From: an uncultured Candidatus Peribacteria bacterium
GTDB taxonomy: Bacteria > Patescibacteriota > Gracilibacteria > JAHISY01
Assembly (NCBI GenBank): GCA_964452725.1
Contig: CAYVMX010000001.1
Location: forward strand, 40,395-104,394
Length of the DNA: 64,000 bases
Reading direction: 5' to 3'
In this document: positions 38,529 to 46,076 of the stretch, one piece after another
Position numbering within the stretch: position 1 is the stretch's first letter
How the letters are laid out: every line of letters starts with the position of its first letter
The notes under the pieces: model-generated
Databases searched by the model: none
Told to the model about the DNA's origin: nothing
What the model saw: the letters and a program-made list of their open reading frames with translations, nothing else
Made by a program: the position numbers and the translations under genes

Positions 38529-40175
38529 CTAGTCACGCCAGTCTGCTATGCGTAGTTGTAGGGTTTGTCTGCCTCGCCATTCGTTTAGATTTAGCGTAAA
38601 GGCGAGATCGATGATTGGTTTGGCGCGGAGCTGCTCGGCAGCTTCGCCCATTCCAAAACCGATTGCTTTTATTTTGGTCTTGCCGACGCAGAGGCTCAAG
38701 TGTTTATCGCCTTCACCGACGGTGCGTATGTCAGCTAGCGGTGTGTGCTGCCAGAGTAGGAGTGGCTCGGGATTGCCAGATCCAAATGGTGCGAGTTGCT
38801 GTAGTGTTTGGTAAAAACCCAAAGTCAAATCAGACTCTGTAACATTTAAATCTAAGGGTAGTACAGGTGCTAGCTCTGTCTTGGCTAGTTCGCGTTCGAT
38901 TACCTGACGGAAACGCTTTTCAAACTCTACACGATGTTTGGCAGGTAGTGTGAAGCCGGCGGCGGCGCGGTGTCCGCCGAATGTAGTGAGTAGGTCGGCG
39001 CATTCTGTAAGTGCGTCTGTGATATTCAAGTCTGGTACAGGGCAGCGACAGCTGCCGATATACTGCTGATCACGCTCCTCCATCAGTACGACAGGTCGAT
39101 AGTACTGATCGGCGAGACGTCCAGCTGTCAGTCCGATGACACCAGCGTGCCAGTCGGGGCTGCTGGCGAGTAGCAGCTTGTCTGTACCGATCTCGCCGAG
39201 GCGTTCGAGGGCATCGTCGAGGTGGCTAGTAGCGACCTGACGACGTTTGAGGTTTAGCTCCTCTAGGCGATCGGCGAACTGAGCTGCTTGGGTCGGGTGA
39301 GTGAGTGCTTGAAAAGCTACGAGTGCTGAGTCAATCCGTCCAGCGGCATTGAGCCGTGGACCGATACGAAAGCCGACATCTTCCGCTGAGATAGCACCAT
39401 TGATACCAGCATTTTCAAAGATCCTACGGAGTCCAGGATTCTGGGTTTTACCGAGGGCTGTGAGTCCGTGAGTGACGAGTGCGCGGTTTTCTCCGACGAG
39501 AGAGCAGACATCGGCGACAGTACCGAGTGCGGTGAGCGCGAGGAGTTCGTCGGTTAGGTTTTGGTCATCAGTATCGGTCAGGAGGGCTAATGCGAGGAAA
39601 TAAGCGACGCCGACACCAGAGAGGTTATCATTTGGGTAGGGGCAGTCAGCCTGACGAGGGTTGACGATCGCGATAGCAGCGGGTAGCTCGGCTGGTGGTA
39701 GGTGATGATCGGTGATGATCACATCTATTCCGAGACTGTTTGCCAGTGCTGTCTCCGCGGTGCAGGTGATGCCGTTGTCGACAGTGATGATTAGCTTTAC
39801 CTCAGCCTCACTGGCGGTGTGTACCATTGCCTCGCTCAGACCATAGCCGTCTGTCAGACGATGGGGGAGACGCACACTGACCGTTGCTCCGAGACTCTGA
39901 AAAGCCTTGAACAGTAGAGCGCTAGCAGTCACGCCATCGACATCGTAGTCACCGCAGATCAGGATACGCTCTTTGTCTTCGATAGCGCGCTCGATCCGTG
40001 CAACCGCTTTGTCTAGATCTTTTAAGCAGATTTTAGTTTGTAGTTTTGGTGGTCTTGGATTTAGAAATTTCTCACGTTGTTCGGGGGTGATGCTACGTAG
40101 TTTCATCAAATACTCCAAAACATCACCAGAGTTGGATTTTGGGAGAAGCCAGCGTTTGCCGAGGAAAGAGGTCAT
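38529..40175 (-). CDS. recJ: Single-stranded-DNA-specific exonuclease RecJ
   Basis: DHH motifs: ILICGDYDVDGVTA, VITDHH and GGHRAAAG (DHHA1). 548 aa. Confidence 0.9.
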   Translation of the reverse strand: MTSFLGKRWLLPKSNSGDVLEYLMKLRSITPEQREKFLNPRPPKLQTKICLKDLDKAVARIERAIEDKERILICGDYDVDGVTASALLFKAFQSLGATVSVRLPHRLTDGYGLSEAMVHTASEAEVKLIITVDNGITCTAETALANSLGIDVIITDHHLPPAELPAAIAIVNPRQADCPYPNDNLSGVGVAYFLALALLTDTDDQNLTDELLALTALGTVADVCSLVGENRALVTHGLTALGKTQNPGLRRIFENAGINGAISAEDVGFRIGPRLNAAGRIDSALVAFQALTHPTQAAQFADRLEELNLKRRQVATSHLDDALERLGEIGTDKLLLASSPDWHAGVIGLTAGRLADQYYRPVVLMEERDQQYIGSCRCPVPDLNITDALTECADLLTTFGGHRAAAGFTLPAKHRVEFEKRFRQVIERELAKTELAPVLPLDLNVTESDLTLGFYQTLQQLAPFGSGNPEPLLLWQHTPLADIRTVGEGDKHLSLCVGKTKIKAIGFGMGEAAEQLRAKPIIDLAFTLNLNEWRGRQTLQLRIADWRD

Positions 40176-40594
40176 TTTTTAGATTTTAGTGTTTTGATCT
40201 TTTTGAGTTTGATCTTGTTTTCCTGCCAGAGCGCCAGAGCATCAGCGGCATTTTTGACTTTGTGCTTGTCGCTCCCAAAAACCCACGTATGTCGTGCGAT
40301 AATTTTTTGCTCTACCTTTCGCAGTACGCCACTCATACGAAATTTCCCCGATTCGCTAGCGATCTGAGTGAGGAGTACGATATTGAAAAGTAAATCACCT
40401 AGCTCTTCTTCCAGATTATCATAATCGTGTTTGCGGACTGCGGTGAGTACTTCGCCAGTTTCTTCTTCCAGCTTGGGCGTGAGGCTTCGGATCGTCTGCT
40501 TGCGATCCCACGGACAGCCAGTCTGGGATCGGAGTTTGCGTGCGATAGCGAGGAGGCGATCAAAGGTTTTCATATAGTTGGGGTTATTTACCAA
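40172..40594 (-). CDS. mazG: MazG-type nucleoside triphosphate pyrophosphohydrolase
   Basis: CPWDRKQT, EEETGEVL and ELGDLLFNIVL motifs. 4-nt overlap with recJ. Confidence 0.8.
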   Translation of the reverse strand: MVNNPNYMKTFDRLLAIARKLRSQTGCPWDRKQTIRSLTPKLEEETGEVLTAVRKHDYDNLEEELGDLLFNIVLLTQIASESGKFRMSGVLRKVEQKIIARHTWVFGSDKHKVKNAADALALWQENKIKLKKIKTLKSKK

Positions 40595-41264
40595 AAGTAC
40601 GCTTTTGTTTTTTATACCAGTTGAGCGCTTTTTTCAGCTCTCTTTCATCGAATTCCGGCCACATTTTTGGTGTGAAATAAAGTTCAGAGTAGGCGAGCTG
40701 CCAAGGTAAGAAGTTACTCAGGCGAGTCTTGCCGCCTGTACGGATGAGTAAGTCCGGATCAGGAGTAGTGCTGCTATCGAGCGCCATACCAAAGGACTTC
40801 TCTGTGGCACGTTTGCCGCTGGTGACGAATTTATTTACAGTACGAATAATTTCATCACGCCCACCATATGCGAGACAGAGATTAAGTGTGATTTTATCGT
40901 AGTGTTTAGTTTCTTTGAGTAGAGTTTTTAGGATTTTCTGAGTGCCGACTGGGAATTTATTTAGTCGTCCGTAGATTTGAACTTTGACCTCATTGGCACG
41001 AAAAGTCTTTAAATCAGCGCTAAACCGTTCTATCTCTCGAAAAAGATTCTTTAGCTCGCTAGCACTACGTTCAGTGAGGTTTTCTGTGCTGAGGGCATAG
41101 ACTGTGACGGAGGCGACTCGGTATTTGATAAATGTCGGTAGTAGGTTTTTGAGGTTTTGTACGCCGCAGTGATGACCATAGGCAGCAGGATAGCCTTTGG
41201 TTCGTGCCCAGCGACGGTTGCCGTCGAGTATGATGGCGAGATGGACTTCTTCAGTTAAACTCAT
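40584..41264 (-). CDS. uppS: Undecaprenyl (isoprenyl) diphosphate synthase
   Basis: HLAIILDGNRRWA, ...YALSTENL..., and RTGGKTRLSNFLPWQLAYSELYF. Confidence 0.9.
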   Translation of the reverse strand: MSLTEEVHLAIILDGNRRWARTKGYPAAYGHHCGVQNLKNLLPTFIKYRVASVTVYALSTENLTERSASELKNLFREIERFSADLKTFRANEVKVQIYGRLNKFPVGTQKILKTLLKETKHYDKITLNLCLAYGGRDEIIRTVNKFVTSGKRATEKSFGMALDSSTTPDPDLLIRTGGKTRLSNFLPWQLAYSELYFTPKMWPEFDERELKKALNWYKKQKRTFGK

Positions 41265-41273
41265 AGGGTCTTG

Positions 41274-41282
41274 ATTCTACCA
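41274..41282 (-). promoter_or_regulatory. Extended -10 element of uppS inside the 20-nt uppS/ispH intergenic region
   Basis: The minus strand reads TGgTAGAAT, then 9 nt, then the ATG at 41264. Confidence 0.45.
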
Positions 41283-41284
41283 AA

Positions 41285-42106
41285 ATGAAAATTTTACGCG
41301 CCAAAGTCGCAGGATTTTGTTTCGGTGTCCAGCGCGCTGTTACATTGGCCAAAAAAGCACGTGGTCAAAGTATACAGACGCTTGGTGAGCTGATCCACAA
41401 TCCAGAAGTACTCGAAGATCTCAAAAACCGAGGAGTACGGACTGTCTCTGCTATCTCAAAATTGCAAGACGGTACAGTCGTAATCCGAGCGCACGGTATC
41501 TCGGACAAAGTACGCACCAAGCTAAAAAAGAAAAATATTAAAATTGTTGATGCGAGTTGCCCCTTTGTGCGGCGACTCCATGCTGCTGCGGCGAGCTTCG
41601 CTACCAAAGGAGTACCGATCGTAATACTCGGACGGGCAGATCACCCCGAGATGCGAGCTGTCGTGGAGGACTTCCCAGAAGTTTTGGTCGTGACCCAGCC
41701 TGATCTCCGTAGACTTCGCAGATTCACTGGTCGACGAGTCGGTGTGCTAGCACAAACGACCGAGACAGCGGAGAGCTTCACACTGTTACAATCCAAGCTA
41801 AAAAGCATCGGCGCAAAGATCCAACCAGTCAAGACTATTTGCAACGCAACGAGTGAACGCCAAGCAGCGGCTATAGAGCTGGCGAAGAAAGTGGACCTGA
41901 TGCTCATCATCGGTGGTAGAAAAAGCAACAACACCAAGCAACTCTGGCGACTCTCTCGGCAAGTTGTACCGAGTCACTGGATCGAGACTGAGCGAGATTT
42001 GAAATCAGCATGGCTAAAGAGTGTTCAGAGCGTAGGGATCACAGCTGGAGCGAGTACGCCAGAGAGTACGATTGAGCGAGTGATAGCGAAATTAAAAACA
42101 CTCTAG
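41285..42106 (+). CDS. ispH: 4-hydroxy-3-methylbut-2-enyl diphosphate reductase
   Basis: GFCFGVQRAV, IHNPEV, CPFV, ICNATSERQ and ITAGASTPE motifs with three conserved Cys residues. Confidence 0.88.
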   Translation: MKILRAKVAGFCFGVQRAVTLAKKARGQSIQTLGELIHNPEVLEDLKNRGVRTVSAISKLQDGTVVIRAHGISDKVRTKLKKKNIKIVDASCPFVRRLHAAAASFATKGVPIVILGRADHPEMRAVVEDFPEVLVVTQPDLRRLRRFTGRRVGVLAQTTETAESFTLLQSKLKSIGAKIQPVKTICNATSERQAAAIELAKKVDLMLIIGGRKSNNTKQLWRLSRQVVPSHWIETERDLKSAWLKSVQSVGITAGASTPESTIERVIAKLKTL

Positions 42107-42130
42107 TCGGCTTATCTAAGCGCTGAAGTA

Positions 42131-42159
42131 TTGATTTTTATACTTGTTTGTGGTAAACT
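42131..42159 (+). promoter_or_regulatory. Promoter of the 92-aa hypothetical gene
   Basis: TTGATT (42131-42136), 17-nt spacer, then TGgTAAACT (42151-42159). Confidence 0.5.
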
Positions 42160-42185
42160 CAATAGAATACAAAAATAAAAACTAA

Positions 42186-42464
42186 ATGAGCTTTAAGCCA
42201 ATTCCCGATGAGTCCGCACTGCCGCGCAAGGCGCACTTTACGCTGCGTAAAATTCGTAAGTACGGTGATGCCAATTTGATCTCTCAGGTCGAAAACTTAC
42301 TAGTCAAGTTTGTCCGTGATGGCGAGGATATGTTACTTAGTGAGATGTCTGATCTGATAAATGCTCTCCATCGTGTAGCGCTTCAGGTTCAGCGTTCCAA
42401 GCGAAGTAAGCTAATCCACAAGCTTCGACAGACTGCGCGCACAAAATTAAAAACCAGCAATTAA
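42186..42464 (+). CDS. Hypothetical protein (92 aa, basic, helical)
   Basis: ORF with its own predicted promoter. I recognise no motif. Confidence 0.45.
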   Translation: MSFKPIPDESALPRKAHFTLRKIRKYGDANLISQVENLLVKFVRDGEDMLLSEMSDLINALHRVALQVQRSKRSKLIHKLRQTARTKLKTSN

Positions 42465-42498
42465 GAATTTCCATTGCAAAAGAGTTACAATAACAACT

Positions 42499-42846
42499 AT
42501 GACAGTTGTTTTTTTTGATCCGACCGAGCGCGACAATCAGAGATTGAGATGTGAGATTCAGCACAAATCTTTGAAATGGGGTGACACCAGCGAGGGTGCT
42601 GGTGCTCGTCTAATCCAAGAGCTAAAAAAACTGAATTTAAATTCAAGTGATGAGTTACGAGTGGTCGCAGGACCAGGTAGTTTCGCTAGTATTCGTATTG
42701 CCGCTGTAGTGGCCAATACCATCGCCTACCTGACTGGTGTCCAGCTCTGGACACAAAAAGTCGGTGAAATAAAATGGCAACGTGTCTCACAAATCACGCC
42801 ATATTACGCTACAGCACCTATTATTACTCCTACCAAAAAATGCTAA
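42499..42846 (+). CDS. tsaB: Truncated TsaB/YeaZ-like protein (N-terminal subdomain only)
   Basis: VVAGPGSFASIRIAAVVANTIAYLTG corresponds to the TsaB GPGSFTG(L/V)RIG motif. It is only 115 aa, whereas typical TsaB is ~230 aa. Confidence 0.5.
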   Translation: MTVVFFDPTERDNQRLRCEIQHKSLKWGDTSEGAGARLIQELKKLNLNSSDELRVVAGPGSFASIRIAAVVANTIAYLTGVQLWTQKVGEIKWQRVSQITPYYATAPIITPTKKC

Positions 42847-43076
42847 AACGCTGGTTCGAAATTATTTTCGGAGTACTGCTCATTGTGCTGGGGGTTGTCA
42901 TGCTAGTGACGCCTGGGCCTGGCACAGCGACTATCATCGCAGGACTTATGTTTGTCTCACCACAACATGGCAAACGAGTGATTTGGTGGTTAAACTGTCT
43001 GTGGAAGTGGCTAAAGGCACAGTGGTACCGACGTATATATGGGCGATCGCGAGTATTTAAACGTAAACGAAAATGA
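42840..43076 (+). CDS. PGPGW-motif small membrane protein
   Basis: MLKRWFEIIFGVLLIVLGVVMLVTPGPGTATIIAGLMFV has two TM segments around a PGPG motif, followed by a basic tail. I chose the internal ATG at 42840, giving a 7-nt overlap with the tsaB-like gene. Confidence 0.55.
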   Translation: MLKRWFEIIFGVLLIVLGVVMLVTPGPGTATIIAGLMFVSPQHGKRVIWWLNCLWKWLKAQWYRRIYGRSRVFKRKRK

Positions 43077-43747
43077 CTCTCTATATAGTGGCGACACCGA
43101 TCGGCAATCTCGGTGACATGACATGTCGCGCGATCGAAACTTTGAAAAATACTGATCTGGTTGCAGCAGAGGATACACGTACAGCACAGAAACTTTTTGC
43201 CAAATTCGAGATTTCGACACCATTGACCTCTTTCCACGCACACTCAACTGAGCGCGAGATGGAGAGGATTTTGACTGAGCTAAAATCAAATAAAGCTGTC
43301 GCATTGATCTCAGAGGCTGGTACACCAGGGATCTCCGATCCAGGTTATCGTTTGATATCGGCAGCCATCGCAAATAGTGTAGAGGTCGTGCCAATACCAG
43401 GTGCGTGTGCAATGATCGCAGCCTTGTCAGCGAGTGGGCTGCCGATGGATAAATTCGTCTATCTCGGTTTCCTACCTCAGAAAAAAGGTCGTCAAACACT
43501 CATAACTAGCTTACAAGGAGAAAGGCGTACAGTAGTGTTTTACGAGTCTGTACACCGGATAATAAAAACCCTAGATCAGCTGAGAGAGATATTAGGTGGG
43601 CAGCGACGCGTAGTCGTAGCACGTGAGCTGACGAAACTACACGAAGAATTTTTCCGCGGGACACTCGCAGAGGCTTGTCAGTGGGTTCATAGTAAGCCCG
43701 CGAGAGGGGAGTTTACTGTCTTACTTGCTGGAGTAGATCTGAAGTAA
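43073..43747 (+). CDS. rsmI: 16S rRNA (cytidine1402-2'-O)-methyltransferase
   Basis: LYIVATPIGNLGDMTCRAIETLKNTDLVAAEDTR and ISEAGTPGISDPG motifs. Confidence 0.9.
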   Translation: MTLYIVATPIGNLGDMTCRAIETLKNTDLVAAEDTRTAQKLFAKFEISTPLTSFHAHSTEREMERILTELKSNKAVALISEAGTPGISDPGYRLISAAIANSVEVVPIPGACAMIAALSASGLPMDKFVYLGFLPQKKGRQTLITSLQGERRTVVFYESVHRIIKTLDQLREILGGQRRVVVARELTKLHEEFFRGTLAEACQWVHSKPARGEFTVLLAGVDLK

Positions 43748-43751
43748 AAAG

Positions 43752-45038
43752 CTAGCCAGCTGGCTCTGCTTCGATAGTATTCGATTGTTCGATGATTGGG
43801 AGCTCGGTGTTTTTTAATAATTCGGCAGCGAGTGGTATCACTATAGACTGACGATCAAATTCTCCTTTGGCGCTGGCTGGAATATTTTCCAATGGAAAAC
43901 GTAGAGCCGGTACAAGTAATTCACTACTGGTGCTGTTCAACTTGTCCCATTGCCAAATCTTGACAAAAACTTTAGTCGGTGTACCGACAGTTATTTGGAC
44001 AGCTGCCGGTGCATTTTTAGTTGAATACCATTGTGGCCAGCGACCACCTTGTTTGATCGCCTTCTGGATTTGCTCTGTCGTAGCTGTGGTGTATTCCGAA
44101 GCTTCGTACTGGTGTGTGGAGAGTCCCCAGACACTATCGACACGTTGTGCTGGTAGGTTGACTGAGACTATGAGTCCGCTTGGATTGCCATATTCTTCGT
44201 AGACAGGTTTACCTTCGATCACGAGTGGATAGACGACATTGATGGTTGCTGGCGAATAATCACAAATATCACCTCGGCATTGGGAGTAAGTACGCCACTG
44301 CTGGTCGACGTGAGGCTCTCCGTAGGGTGCGAGGTCAACACTGACTTTTTGAATAAAGTCTGCTGCGATTTGGATTAGTTTAGTATCGGTAGGGATCTTG
44401 GTATCACTAGGTGCTAGATCTGGTTGAGGCCAGCGTTGCCAGTTTTGATTGATAGAGACGGTGCCATCGGACGGAGAGATATAAAACGAATAGCCATATT
44501 CACGATCTTCGTCGAGTTGAACACTCTGAATGGTGAGGTTTTGAAATGAACTAGCATCAAAAAGTCCGAGATTGAGATCGCTCAGTAATCCACCTGCATC
44601 AGTATTGCCAATAGTAAAAGTACTATCACGACGTAACACACTGACGGTTGTAGGTAGTGTCGGTAGCTCACCAGTGTAGTTGTATTCATACAGTGTCGGA
44701 GTCCATCCGTCGATCGGATCGAGTGGGTCAATGGGACTGATTTGTGCGATAGATAGTGCATCTGCCGTACTCTCGATAGCCTTGGCTCTGCCATTGTCCA
44801 GTATATTGTCACTCTTGGGTCCATTGGGCGTGCTACCTTGTAGCTCTGCGAGTTTGCCACCGTCTGTCGAGCTAAGTGCTCCGAAGGCTTGAGCACTGAC
44901 CTTTTTTATCTCTACTTTGGTAGAAGTCACATTGCCCGATGTGGTTTGAGCCTTTTGATCACCGAGGTAGTAGAGGCTGCCACTGAGTAGGATCGCAGCT
45001 ATTACGACACTTATGATGGTACTGGTGTGCTTGGACAT
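43752..45038 (-). CDS. Hypothetical membrane-anchored or secreted protein (428 aa)
   Basis: N-terminal anchor SKHTSTIISVVIAAILLSGSLYY. The rest is Thr/Ser/Pro-rich with no motif I recognise. A candidate -10 box (TACAAT on the minus strand) lies ~13 nt upstream of the ATG. Confidence 0.55.
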   Translation of the reverse strand: MSKHTSTIISVVIAAILLSGSLYYLGDQKAQTTSGNVTSTKVEIKKVSAQAFGALSSTDGGKLAELQGSTPNGPKSDNILDNGRAKAIESTADALSIAQISPIDPLDPIDGWTPTLYEYNYTGELPTLPTTVSVLRRDSTFTIGNTDAGGLLSDLNLGLFDASSFQNLTIQSVQLDEDREYGYSFYISPSDGTVSINQNWQRWPQPDLAPSDTKIPTDTKLIQIAADFIQKVSVDLAPYGEPHVDQQWRTYSQCRGDICDYSPATINVVYPLVIEGKPVYEEYGNPSGLIVSVNLPAQRVDSVWGLSTHQYEASEYTTATTEQIQKAIKQGGRWPQWYSTKNAPAAVQITVGTPTKVFVKIWQWDKLNSTSSELLVPALRFPLENIPASAKGEFDRQSIVIPLAAELLKNTELPIIEQSNTIEAEPAG

Positions 45039-45095
45039 AATTTTTTAAGATTGTAATAAAATCAGTCTAAACTAAGATCACTTCAAAAAGCCAAC

Positions 45096-45803
45096 TTAAT
45101 ATTTTTTATCATGTACGATTTTTGGCTTTATTCTTGAGTTTGGATTGAACCAGGCATCCAATAGACGTCGAAACAAATGTGGTATTTCTTTTACTTTACC
45201 TTGGTAAAGTGCCTGAGTGATTGCATCCATTTCTTCACTTTTGCAGGCACACCTGAAACGTATGGAAGCTGATCCACTTCCATACTCATAGTCTATGTGC
45301 TCAAAAAAACTAGGAGAGCCGACCAGCCTTGCTACTGCGTAGGCTGAGCCTTTTTTGAAGTCAGGCTCTGCGGTAGTAGGTGAGGCATGTAGCACGATAG
45401 TTATCGAAGGTTTCTTCGTCCCTAGCTCTAGAGTACGATTGGTCTGATCGGAATATTGATCGAGGTAGACTGGTCTCCGTAGGAGGATCTGAATACGAAT
45501 AGCATCTCCAGTGTGCAAAGAATCTTTACCTTTACGTTTTCTTCTATGAGTAGTCCAGACTTTACTTTTGGTGATCTCCTCACGGAGTGCCTGATTCCAC
45601 TCTTTTTGCTGTCCACGAAAGGCTGCCTTGAAGACTGTGTGATCGATCTCTTCTAGTATTTCATTCGACCTCTGAGACCCCCATTGTGGTTCGCGTTGGT
45701 ATACAGACAGTAAACAGCGTGCGACTGCTTGCCGATAGAGTGGGTGCGCACGCCTGATGCGCTCACTAGTATTTAGTATCGGATTGTAGCGGTCGATATC
45801 CAT
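45096..45803 (-). CDS. Hypothetical protein (235 aa, basic, AT-rich gene)
   Basis: The ORF is preceded by a near-consensus promoter. I recognise no motif. Confidence 0.55.
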   Translation of the reverse strand: MDIDRYNPILNTSERIRRAHPLYRQAVARCLLSVYQREPQWGSQRSNEILEEIDHTVFKAAFRGQQKEWNQALREEITKSKVWTTHRRKRKGKDSLHTGDAIRIQILLRRPVYLDQYSDQTNRTLELGTKKPSITIVLHASPTTAEPDFKKGSAYAVARLVGSPSFFEHIDYEYGSGSASIRFRCACKSEEMDAITQALYQGKVKEIPHLFRRLLDAWFNPNSRIKPKIVHDKKY

Positions 45804-45812
45804 AAGTTTTTT

Positions 45813-45841
45813 ATATTAATATTTTAATTTAAATTTGTCAA
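45813..45841 (-). promoter_or_regulatory. Near-consensus promoter of the 235-aa orphan gene
   Basis: The minus strand reads TTGACA (45841-45836), 17-nt spacer, TAATAT (45818-45813), then 9 nt, then the ATG at 45803. Confidence 0.55.
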
Positions 45842-45887
45842 TAACCCCATCAACAATAATGACAGACTAAAACTTTGTTCAGCGACC

Positions 45888-45916
45888 TTGCTCTCTGGCA
45901 TTAGAACCTCTAAACT
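45888..45916 (+). promoter_or_regulatory. Candidate promoter of gyrA
   Basis: TTGCTC (45888-45893), 17-nt spacer, TAAACT (45911-45916), followed by aactcggact. Confidence 0.45.
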
Positions 45917-46076
45917 AACTCGGACTTATTTTCATTAAACACTAAAAAAACTGGCTAAAAACGATGATCAGAACGATCAGGCTCCCGATGAAAAGACTCC
46001 GCTGGAAGACTCTCCCGAGGGTGATGTACTCCATGCACCAGATGATGGTAATCCAACGCAAGGCGTAGTAGAGGAG

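Noticed and set aside
45964-46068. A 34-codon ORF ([14 protein letters not shown]...) in the +1 frame upstream of gyrA.
   Set aside because: It is short, unconserved-looking and overlaps the open gyrA frame. I mention it only as a possible sign of an indel in the gyrA 5' region.
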